DNA of 64,000 nt. Origin: Candidatus Kaiserbacteria bacterium. GTDB lineage: Bacteria > Patescibacteriota > Minisyncoccia > Phycocordibacterales > Phycocordibacteraceae. Where the stretch lies: contig OY969413.1 of assembly GCA_963699165.1 (NCBI GenBank), positions 532,562 through 596,561 on the forward strand. The letters are read 5' to 3'. Under the pieces are notes generated by a model that had not been told where the DNA came from, made no database searches, and saw nothing but the letters and a program-made list of their open reading frames with translations. The translations under genes were made by a program, and so were the position numbers. Shown one piece after another: positions 55,835 through 64,000 of the stretch; within the stretch, counting starts at the first letter, position 1; every line of letters starts with the position of its first letter.

Positions 55835-57367
55835 TTATTGCGCGGCCTGCGCTCCGAACGTCAGCACGCTGTCCCCCGCGGCAAGTCCGGAAACGATTTC
55901 CGTCATGCCCGCGGCACTTCCTATGCCGGTCGTCACGGGCGTCTTCACGGGATTTTTTCCGTTTTCGACATACACGAATTGCCGGCTGCCGTTTGTTATG
56001 ATGGCGCTCGTCGGCACCTGAAGCGCCGCCGCTTTGGTCGCGGTAATGATGCGCAGGTTCGCGGAAAGTCCCGGCTTCAATCGCGGGTCGTTTTGCGTAA
56101 AGGTTACCGTAATGCCGTAAGACGAGACGCCTCCGTTTGTGTCTGCGGAAGGATTGACGGTCGTAACTGTTGCGGGGAACGTTACGCCCGGATACGAATC
56201 AAACGTCGCATCGACCGTGTCGTTCATTTTTATTTTCGCAATGTCGGTTTCGGAAACCTCCGCATCGGCCTCGTATTTCCCGTCCGCAATCATCGAGACA
56301 AGCGGTGAGCCCGGCACGACCGTCTCGCCAAGATTGGCGTTCTGCGCGGTGATGGTGCCGGACACCGGTGCGACGATGACCGTTTGCGATGCGGCGGCCT
56401 GCGCAGCGGCAAGCGAGGCCTTTGCGGCATCTACTGCGGCCTGCTGCGCATCGATGTCGTTTTGCGTTGCACCCGCCTTTGCGAGCGTAAGAGCGCCGTT
56501 CGCCGATTTGTACGCCGTGTCTGCGCCGATAAGCGCGGAAAGCGAACCCGATACGTTCAAGCGCGCGACATTCGTAGTGGTCTGGTATCCGACAAGGGAC
56601 TGTGCCGTGACGGAACCGCCCGGCTGCGTCTCTGCGAGCGCCGTCGTGAGGTCGTTAAGAAATGCCGAAATAGTACTCAGATTCGCCTCCGATTGCGCGA
56701 CGACGCTTTCGGGATTATTCCCGGCGGCGGCAAGCGAAGCATTCCATGAGGAAAAAAGCGGCTCGATTGCGATTCGTTCCGTCTGCAATTTATTTACGAG
56801 CGTCGCGTCCGGAACCGTGACAATCAACTGCGCGGTCGAATTTCTCGGATTGCTGAATACCTGGTCGGCTTTCGCATGCACGGCATCATCGGCATTTGTG
56901 TAGGCCGACTGCAATGCGCTCGAAAGCGCGTTCTGCGCCTGCGTTACGTTTGTCTGATTTATCGCAAGCTGCTCGGGACGCGTGCCGGCCACAAGCGAAG
57001 CGAGTTTCGCCTCCTGCGCTTCGAGATTCGCCTGTGCGAGTGCGACGCCCGCCTCCTGAGTCGAACCGTCGAGCACGATGAGCGACTGTCCCGCACCCAC
57101 ATGGTCGCCGACCTGAACATTGATTCCGACAACGCGGCCGGGTGTCTGAAACGCTAGGTCGGTGCTATGCGCGGCCTTCACTGCGCCGGTCACATCCACC
57201 TCCTCGGTAATCGGGGCGAGCGTCACACGGGCGTAACTGCCGGACGGCGAGACCGTGGTGGCATACCACGCAATCCCGACAATGCCGGCACCGATAACAA
57301 GCGCGCCGCCAACGGCGACTGCGGGTTTCGAAAGAAATGCAAGAAAAGAGACGAATCGTTCGCGCAT
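55835..57367 (-). CDS. Efflux periplasmic adaptor with long helical insert
   Basis: TM helix, lipoyl halves, IVAPVSG, LKPGLSA. Confidence 0.88.
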   Translation of the reverse strand: MRERFVSFLAFLSKPAVAVGGALVIGAGIVGIAWYATTVSPSGSYARVTLAPITEEVDVTGAVKAAHSTDLAFQTPGRVVGINVQVGDHVGAGQSLIVLDGSTQEAGVALAQANLEAQEAKLASLVAGTRPEQLAINQTNVTQAQNALSSALQSAYTNADDAVHAKADQVFSNPRNSTAQLIVTVPDATLVNKLQTERIAIEPLFSSWNASLAAAGNNPESVVAQSEANLSTISAFLNDLTTALAETQPGGSVTAQSLVGYQTTTNVARLNVSGSLSALIGADTAYKSANGALTLAKAGATQNDIDAQQAAVDAAKASLAAAQAAASQTVIVAPVSGTITAQNANLGETVVPGSPLVSMIADGKYEADAEVSETDIAKIKMNDTVDATFDSYPGVTFPATVTTVNPSADTNGGVSSYGITVTFTQNDPRLKPGLSANLRIITATKAAALQVPTSAIITNGSRQFVYVENGKNPVKTPVTTGIGSAAGMTEIVSGLAAGDSVLTFGAQAAQ

Positions 57368-57382
57368 GAATTCTGTGTTAAT

Positions 57383-57411
57383 TAGTTAGGTAGTCGAAGT
57401 ATATCATACCA
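57383..57411 (-). promoter_or_regulatory. Extended -10 promoter with putative MarR operator
   Basis: TGgTATGAT followed by imperfect IR TACTTCG-N5-CTAACTA. Confidence 0.5.
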
Positions 57412-57791
57412 CACTTTTAAATGCAAGCCGCGCACCCGGAAGGTCTGACTTTCCGTGGGCGCGGCTGCATAAGTTCAGATACATTTGGCAGTCCTCATAA
57501 CCGAGGATATATGCGCATCAGAAGCAATTTCAGGGGTACGAAGGGCTGGTTGAGCATGTGGGAAAGGACGATACGATTGCGGCATATGCGGAAACCAAAG
57601 GAAGTCGACAGACGGGTGAAGATATTGGGATTCTGGGACATGCACGGGACGGAGGCCGCATACGACGCCTTTGGCACCTCGGAGCGCACCTTGTATCGCT
57701 GGAAGGAGGAACTCAAAGCCCACGAGGGCCGCATTGATGCACTTGACCCGAAGAGCACTGCGCCGAAGGCGCGTCGAAGGAGGACTGTTCT

Positions 57792-58852
57792 GGCGACTGG
57801 TCTTTTGAATTCGAACGTTTGATACATTGAGCGAATGAAAAAACCTCCGGCGGTGCGCACTTCACAAAGTCCGAACGAGACGAAATACAGATACTGTTAG
57901 CGAAGGGATACTCTTTGCACGATGTCGGAGATGCACTCGACCGACCGAAGAGTGTCATATGGTACGAGACGCAAAAGAAGAGGAAGGGACGGCCGTATGA
58001 TGCTGCATATGCGCATCACATTTCATACGTACGAAGGAAACACAGCCGAGCGGTCGGCAAGATGATTGCTCTCGACCCGAAGCTCCGGAAGTTCATCGAG
58101 GCGCATCTCTTCGACGATCAGTCGCCCGAAAACATCTCACTTCGATTGAAGCGGATCGAGAAGGATATCGGATATGCTTCATCCTCGGCTATACGCCGAT
58201 ATATCAAGAGCCCGTATGGCAGACGGATCGAGTCGCATCGAGCAAAGTTATTCAAGAAGAGGCGACGCTCTCGGCCATCGAAACCACACATTGCCGACAA
58301 GCGCCTGATCGACAAACGACCGAGCAAAATCAACAAGCGATGGGGATTGGGTCACATGGAGGGCGACTTCATCGTGTCGGGCAAGAGCGGTCAAGGCATC
58401 ATTCTTGGTCTGCGGGATCGCAGGGTGCGCAAAAACCTGCTGGAGCGGATCCTGCCAGTGTCAGTGCGAAACGTGGAGCGAGCGCTTCGCAGAATGAAAA
58501 AGCGGTATCCCGAGATGCAGACCATCACATTCGACAACGATATTCTCTTTCTCGAACACAAACGGCTAGAGAAGGTGCTTGGGGTGAAGATATATTTCTG
58601 TCATGTGCATGCGCCATGGGAGAAGCCATCAATCGAGAATCTGAACAAGGACTTGCGGCGGTACATCCCGAAAAGCTCGGATATTTCAAAGTATTCAAAA
58701 AGATTTGTGCAGAAACTCGAAGCAAAGATGAATCGCCGCTTCATGGATGTGCTCGGTTCACTCACGCCAGATGAGGCGTATGCTGCGGAAAAGAAACAAC
58801 GCGCTCAGAGGAGCGCAAAAAACCGTCGTTCGAATTGAGGGGTTTGGGTGCC
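57792..58852 (+). mobile_element. IS30-family element, copy 2 (1061 bp)
   Basis: Same IRs as copy 1; TCT/TCT target duplication. Confidence 0.93.
57835..58838 (+). CDS. IS30 transposase (ATG out of frame with main ORF 57915-58838)
   Basis: Differs from copy 1 at three residues (Q/H, Y/H, V/L). Confidence 0.85.
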
Positions 58853-59650
58853 TCTGCCCGAGGTCGAGGATTTCATCATCCGCGAACGACAGGCGCATCC
58901 CCGGCTTGGGAAAGCAAAGCTTGCCGTTCTCCTGCGCGAAGAAGGGTACTCCGTGTCGGAGTCATACGTTGGGCGGGTCATTCTGGATTTGAAGAACCGC
59001 GGTCTGCTCCCGCAGCAGAGCCGGCTCTCGTTCCACGCACGTACGGGCAATCACACGGAAACACCGCAGAAACGCCGTACCAAGCTTCGCCGCACCGGCA
59101 AGCGCGGCATGGAGCTCGATACCGTCGTCCGCTTCATCGACGGCGTGAAGCGGTACGTCCTCACGGCAGTGGACGTGGAGCGGAAGTTCGCCTTTGCGGG
59201 CGCGTATACGAACCACTCGTCGAGAAGCGCGGACGACTTCCTTCGCCGAGTCATCGAGGTCTGTCCCTTCGATATCGACGAGTTGCAGACCGACAACGGG
59301 AGCGAGTTCGCCAAACACTTCGAGGATGCCTGTGCCGAACTCGGGCTCACGCACTTTCACACCCGCCCCCGCACTCCCAAGATGAATGCCCACGTCGAAC
59401 GATTCAATCGCACCGTCTCCGAGGACTTCATCATGCTGAATCGGGGCCTGCTGCGGGACGATATTCATTCCTTCAATCTGAAGCTTGTCGACTGGCTGAT
59501 CTGGTACAACACCAAACGCCCGCACCAGTCGCTCGGCATGGTGTCCCCCTTGCGGTATATTGTGTGTACATTAACCGTCGGGGACTGCCAAAAGTACTGG
59601 ACGCGTACAGCGGCTTGTCGGCCTATTTCCCGGGAATGTATAATGCCCTC

Positions 59651-60511
59651 ATGAAAAACGACTCTTCCCTTCTTGTCCGCTACGCATTTCTCGGCATTGT
59701 TCTCATTGTGTCTTTGGGTCTCACGACATTTGTTACCGGCAAATCGCTTTTAAAGGAGCAGGAAAACCTCTCGGAACCGGACACCGATTTTGCCACTGCC
59801 GATGGCGGCGGCTGCAACATCGCCGTCATTCCGGTGGTCGGACAACTTTGGGCATCCGAGGCCGATGCGACCGCACAAACTGCGAGCGATAACAGCTCGA
59901 ACGTTTCAGCCGAGGACATTCTCCAAAAAATCGAGCGCGCGCAAGATGACTCTTCGATTAAAGGCGTGGTGCTTCGCATCGATTCGCCCGGCGGCTCGGC
60001 CGTGGGCGGCAATCTCATCGCAAACGCCTTGAAGCGGCTCGACAAACCGTCGGTCGCGCTCATCTGGGACGAAGGCGATTCCGCGGCATACCTCGCCGCA
60101 ACCGGCGCAAACGAAATCATCGCTTCCCCGTCGTCAAACATCGGCGACATAGGCGTGACTAGCTCATATCTCGACCAGAGCCAAGCGGACGCGAAAAACG
60201 GACAGAAATTTATTTCGATTGCCGCGGGAGAATTTAAAGATGTGGGCGATCCCGACAATCCGCTTACGCCCGCGGGATACGCGCTTTTGCAAAAACAGGT
60301 GGACGAAATGTATCAAAACTTCGTGGATGAAGTCGCGCAAAACCGCTCGCTCTCGGTCGGCGCGGTCAAGCAACTCGCAAACGGCGTTCCCTACATTGCC
60401 TCCGCCGCCTCGAGCACGGGACTCATTGATGCTCTCGGAGATTCCGAAACCGCGCGTGCATGGTTTGAGCAAAAATTGGGCAAGGGCTCCGACCCGGTCT
60501 TGTGCGAGTAG
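59651..60511 (+). CDS. sppA: Signal peptide peptidase SppA (S49, short form)
   Basis: TM helix, LRIDSPGG, SAAY.A, GDIGV, AGEFKD, GLID.LG. Confidence 0.88.
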   Translation: MKNDSSLLVRYAFLGIVLIVSLGLTTFVTGKSLLKEQENLSEPDTDFATADGGGCNIAVIPVVGQLWASEADATAQTASDNSSNVSAEDILQKIERAQDDSSIKGVVLRIDSPGGSAVGGNLIANALKRLDKPSVALIWDEGDSAAYLAATGANEIIASPSSNIGDIGVTSSYLDQSQADAKNGQKFISIAAGEFKDVGDPDNPLTPAGYALLQKQVDEMYQNFVDEVAQNRSLSVGAVKQLANGVPYIASAASSTGLIDALGDSETARAWFEQKLGKGSDPVLCE

Positions 60512-60514
60512 GGT

Positions 60515-61090
60515 TTACAGCACCGCCAACACTTCTTCGGTCGAACGAACGCGGCCGATGCGGGGAAACGTCTTCTCCACCGGAAACGAGTGGTCTTCGT
60601 TTGACATCGACGCCATCGCGTCTTCAACGAAAATTTGGTTGTACCCGAGTTCGAACGCGTCGCGCGCCGTGCTCTCGACGCCGATGTTCGTTGCAATGCC
60701 GCACAGCACAATCGTATCGATGCCGCGGCGGCGCAATTGCAGGTCTAGTTCCGTTCCATAAAACGCGCCCCACTGATGCTTCGTTATGACGAAATCACCC
60801 TCCTTTGGGCACATTTCGGAAACAATATCGGCCCAGTCGGGCGCAGGCGCCGTGCGCGTCGCCATAGCGCCATCTGCAAGAGGATGCAGAGCATCTTTGC
60901 CGTCAGGCGATGGCGTCACGCGCACCAGAAACACGGGCATGCCGTTTTTTCGGAACGCCACGGCAAGAGCTGCGGCGTTTTTCACGACAGTTTCCGAAGA
61001 ATGCGGTGCGCCCCGCATTGCCACAATCCCCTTCTGCAAGTCGATGACGACAAGCGCTGTCTTTGTTTTTTCTATGGAAAGATTGCTCAT
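60515..61090 (-). CDS. Isochorismatase-family cysteine hydrolase-fold protein
   Basis: ALVVIDLQ, KHQWGAF, GIATNIGVESTAR. Confidence 0.9.
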   Translation of the reverse strand: MSNLSIEKTKTALVVIDLQKGIVAMRGAPHSSETVVKNAAALAVAFRKNGMPVFLVRVTPSPDGKDALHPLADGAMATRTAPAPDWADIVSEMCPKEGDFVITKHQWGAFYGTELDLQLRRRGIDTIVLCGIATNIGVESTARDAFELGYNQIFVEDAMASMSNEDHSFPVEKTFPRIGRVRSTEEVLAVL

Positions 61091-61098
61091 GATATTTT

Positions 61099-61881
61099 TT
61101 AGATTACTACTTTCGGGTACATCCACGCACTAATTATCGACACTATGAGTGAAGCGGCAATGAGCATGCCCATGTCGAGAGCGACGCCTGTCGTTGTGCC
61201 CGTAAGCATCAGCGCACGCAAACCATCCACCATATAACTCAGCGGATTGACGGTCGCGACCACCTGCAGCCATGTCGGCATAATCGAAATCGGATAAATC
61301 GCATTCGATGCAAAAAACAACGGCAGCGTGATGACCTGGCCGATGCCCATAAAGCGCTCGCGCGTTTTCACTATCGACGCGATAATCATCGAAAGTCCCG
61401 TGAAGAAACTGGCGCCGAGCATGATAATGATAATCACGCCGATAACCGAGAACAGCGTGATATGCAGTTGAATACCCAAAATGAGCGCAAAAATGTATAT
61501 GATGAGCGCCTGACTCAAACCGCGTATGCCCGCTGCAATCATTTTGCCCCACACAAGCGCCAATCGCGGCGTCGGCGTGACGAGCAATTTCTGCAAAATG
61601 CCCGTGTCGCGGTCCATGATGACGTAAAGGCCATAAAAGATGGCGACGAAGACGACCGACTGCGTGAGAATGCCCGGCACGATGAATTGCAAATACGTCA
61701 GTCCCTGCGTCGGAATCGCCCGCACATTGCTGAGCGCTTCTCCGAAAATGCCGAGCCATAAAATCGGCTGCACGGCACGGGAAATAAGTTCGGTCGGGTC
61801 GTGCAAAAGTTTGCGCGTCTCCATTTCCGCGAGAATGTATGACTTTTTAAACGTTTGGAAAATGTATTCAAACATAGGCAT
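61099..61881 (-). CDS. ABC-2 type permease
   Basis: QPILWL..FG, Y.QFIVPG, P.WLQ.V...NPLSY. Confidence 0.9.
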   Translation of the reverse strand: MPMFEYIFQTFKKSYILAEMETRKLLHDPTELISRAVQPILWLGIFGEALSNVRAIPTQGLTYLQFIVPGILTQSVVFVAIFYGLYVIMDRDTGILQKLLVTPTPRLALVWGKMIAAGIRGLSQALIIYIFALILGIQLHITLFSVIGVIIIIMLGASFFTGLSMIIASIVKTRERFMGIGQVITLPLFFASNAIYPISIMPTWLQVVATVNPLSYMVDGLRALMLTGTTTGVALDMGMLIAASLIVSIISAWMYPKVVI

Positions 61882-62696
61882 TATCCGAGCCGACGCTCAA
61901 GCTGCCGCGTCCGACGTATTTCTTTGAAATTTCCCGTTTGCTGCAATTCGTTGCCCGTGAAGAAAATAAACGCATCTTCAAGCGTCGCACCCGGTTTCCC
62001 CGTTTTCGCCTTCAGTTCTTCCGCCTTCCCCATCGCCGCGATTTTGCCTTTATTCATCACGACGACTCGGTCGCTGACTTCGTCGGCTTCTTCCATGTCG
62101 TGCGTCGAAAAGAAAATCGTTGTGCCGAATTTCTCTCGCAATTCGGAAAGATGTCCCCAGACGCTCTGGCGCGCAACCGGATCGAGGCCGGTCGTCGGTT
62201 CGTCAAGCAGAAGCACTTTCGGATGATGCAACATGGCCTGACCGACTTCCATTTTGCGGATCATGCCGCCCGAAAAAGTCCGCACAAGCGAATCAGCATG
62301 GTCTTCAAGCTTCAAAAAGGAAAGCATTTCCTCCACGCGCCCTTTTCTGTCGGAGCGCGGAATGTCGTACAGCCGCGCCATAAGCATCAAATTTTCATAC
62401 GCTGTCAGCGTGCCGTCCACGGAAATCATCTGCGACACATAGCCGATTGTGTGCCGCACTTCCGAAGCGTTCCGCACAACGTCGTATCCGGCAATCGTCG
62501 CCGTACCGCTCGTGGGAGCGAGCAGGGTGATAAGCATTTTGATGGTCGTCGATTTCCCCGCCCCGTTCGGGCCGAGAAATGCGAAAATTTCACCGGGTTC
62601 AACCGTAAAAGAAATGTCGTCGACTGCCGCGAATTTCTTAAAGCGCCTCACGAGGTGAGAAACTTCGATGATTGAAGACGTTTGCTGCGGTTCCAT
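61881..62696 (-). CDS. ABC ATP-binding protein (DrrA-like)
   Basis: GPNGAGKST, FSGGM, LDEPTTGLDP, TLED.F. Confidence 0.92.
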   Translation of the reverse strand: MEPQQTSSIIEVSHLVRRFKKFAAVDDISFTVEPGEIFAFLGPNGAGKSTTIKMLITLLAPTSGTATIAGYDVVRNASEVRHTIGYVSQMISVDGTLTAYENLMLMARLYDIPRSDRKGRVEEMLSFLKLEDHADSLVRTFSGGMIRKMEVGQAMLHHPKVLLLDEPTTGLDPVARQSVWGHLSELREKFGTTIFFSTHDMEEADEVSDRVVVMNKGKIAAMGKAEELKAKTGKPGATLEDAFIFFTGNELQQTGNFKEIRRTRQLERRLG

Positions 62697-62739
62697 TAAT
62701 GCGCGGGGTTCTCGGGGATTAAGTATACCACTGCCGGTT

Positions 62740-63648
62740 TTACAACCGTATCACTTCCTCAAATCGGCCCTCCGCGCCGCTTACAATCCGGAATAATGTC
62801 GGCGTTAAGAAAACCCGAGCTCGGCGAACATGAACGGACGGGGCACCACTTCCGCCGCCTCCGCCACGCCGAAAGCCGCCGCGGCCGTCACCGCGCACCG
62901 TGCGAGGGGCCACATTTGCAGAGATGGAAGATCGCGTCACCGTAAAGCTTGAGCCGTCACCACCGAGCGACGACGTCGTAGCAAGCGCCTGGTTCGCGCT
63001 CGCAATCATCGTCAGCGAATACGCATTCGCATCGGCCGGCGTCACTCCCGACCCGTTTTTAATGGCGGTCGCACCGGTAAATGAAACCGAACCGAAGCTG
63101 TCGAGCGGAATGTATCCCAACTGATCGCTCGGCATTTCTTCAATCCATTCGGCGGACGAAAGCGACGATGAGTACGAAAGAGTCGTTGAAAAACTTTGGT
63201 CGTTCGTGTTGTCATGAATCGACACGAGCCACGAACCGGTTCCCTGCTGCAAAATAGAGGCGCTCATTACATCGCCGGCATTAACCTGCATCGAAATCGG
63301 AATCGACGTCCCGGGCAGAAGTTCATACCACGCCTCGTACGAAGTGCCATCGCTTTGCGCGATTGCCTGCGTGCCGATTTGGATGAGATCGCTTGAAGAA
63401 ACGCCGCCGATGCCTACCCATGTCGCGTCCGCTTGCGCGCTCTCCGAGGGTGCGACTGCCGGCACCGTCCAAGAACCGGAAACGCCGGTAAACGTGCCAT
63501 TTGTTGCCACATAGCCCGACCAATTGCGCGAGGTTCCCGCGGCATCGCCGACATTCGCCGCCGGATTTTCGGCGGCGAATGCAAAAGCCGGAATAGTGAA
63601 GAAAATAGCGAGTAAAATCGACGTCATCCACGCATAAAGGTGCCTCAT
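62740..63648 (-). CDS. Secreted G1-family glutamic peptidase
   Basis: Signal peptide, S.NWSGY, WVGIGG, LIQ.G, AWYE, SAEWIEE; start reassigned to MRHLY. Confidence 0.88.
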   Translation of the reverse strand: MRHLYAWMTSILLAIFFTIPAFAFAAENPAANVGDAAGTSRNWSGYVATNGTFTGVSGSWTVPAVAPSESAQADATWVGIGGVSSSDLIQIGTQAIAQSDGTSYEAWYELLPGTSIPISMQVNAGDVMSASILQQGTGSWLVSIHDNTNDQSFSTTLSYSSSLSSAEWIEEMPSDQLGYIPLDSFGSVSFTGATAIKNGSGVTPADANAYSLTMIASANQALATTSSLGGDGSSFTVTRSSISANVAPRTVRGDGRGGFRRGGGGGSGAPSVHVRRARVFLTPTLFRIVSGAEGRFEEVIRL

Positions 63649-63656
63649 ATACTTAC

Positions 63657-63683
63657 TATACGAACTCAATCGTGAATTGTTCC
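63657..63683 (-). promoter_or_regulatory. ECF promoter
   Basis: GGAAC-N16-CGTATA ending 8 nt before the peptidase ATG. Confidence 0.65.
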
Positions 63684-63686
63684 ACA

Positions 63687-64000
63687 ATGAAGATTGGCGG
63701 CCGCCCGCCTTCTTCGAGTAATTCAAAGATTGAAAATCGTGCCCGCCCCCCTTTCCCCGTCTGGGGAGCAAAAATTGAGCTCAAACAGGAAGTGAAAGGA
63801 GGCAAAGAGCGGACTCTACATTTTTTCTTGGACGGTATACCAGAAAGCAGTTTGTTTGAAGCCGTCTCATCAATTCAGAACAGAGTAAACGACTTCACGC
63901 AGATTCTCGGAGAAGACTACTTGGAGCAAATTAAGCACCTTGGGTTTTCCTACGAGGACGGGGCATGGAAAATGATTGGTGTTGAAAAATTTAACGGAGA
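63687..64000 (+). CDS. Hypothetical protein (partial, runs off window edge)
   Basis: MKIGGRPP... open for ~104 codons to the window end. Confidence 0.45.
   Translation, partial: MKIGGRPPSSSNSKIENRARPPFPVWGAKIELKQEVKGGKERTLHFFLDGIPESSLFEAVSSIQNRVNDFTQILGEDYLEQIKHLGFSYEDGAWKMIGVEKFNG

Larger units (their letters stand above)
57466..59609 (+). mobile_element. IS481-like element interrupted by IS30 copy 2
   Basis: Ends tgcataagttcagatacatttggcagtcc / tgtacgcgtccagtacttttggcagtcc (rev-comp); direct repeat GCGGC at 57461-57465 and 59610-59614. Confidence 0.85.
57511..59654 (+). pseudogene. Integrase-core transposase split by IS30 (57511-57791 and 58856-59654)
   Basis: Removing IS30 and one TCT restores ...RRRTVL-PEVEDF... 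in frame; ELDT, QTDNGSEF, NAHVERFNRT. Confidence 0.85.

Noticed and set aside
51245-58852. Composite transposon of two inverted IS30 copies around GNAT and efflux genes
   Set aside because: Each copy has its own target duplication (AAA/AAA and TCT/TCT), indicating independent insertions; the outer flanks do not match
58835-59650. 558-aa ORF as an N-terminally extended SppA
   Set aside because: The extension is an alternative frame of the transposase; a -10 box and TM helix support the start at 59651

Overview
The window looks like a Patescibacteria (CPR, Parcubacteria-like) chromosome segment; this assignment is inferred from gene content and style. It carries housekeeping genes (pyrG, ftsEX, a short prfB, csaA, sppA) and five tRNA genes: Gln-CTG, Thr-CGT, Thr-GGT split by a 188-nt group I intron, an atypical Met-CAT, and Asp-GTC. 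There are three efflux modules with long periplasmic-adaptor proteins, an ECF sigma/anti-sigma locus, an ApbE/FMN-binding pair, and an aminotransferase-PaaK-ThiF-7TM kinase cluster. Five IS copies are present: three IS481-like and two IS30, one IS30 nested inside an IS481-like element. The most interesting signals are non-coding: (1) the compact group I intron; (2) inverted plus direct 'echo' copies of tRNA ends beside tRNA-Gln and tRNA-Asp, with GNA-triloop hairpins; (3) an ECF promoter motif GGAAC-N16-CGTATA that outlines a cell-surface regulon and includes a back-to-back promoter pair; (4) pervasive -10 boxes 6-7 nt before ATG, suggesting leaderless mRNAs; (5) an IS30 transposase that seems to need recoding at ATG-A6. 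No CRISPR array or rRNA was seen. All product calls come from motif recognition by eye, not database searches.
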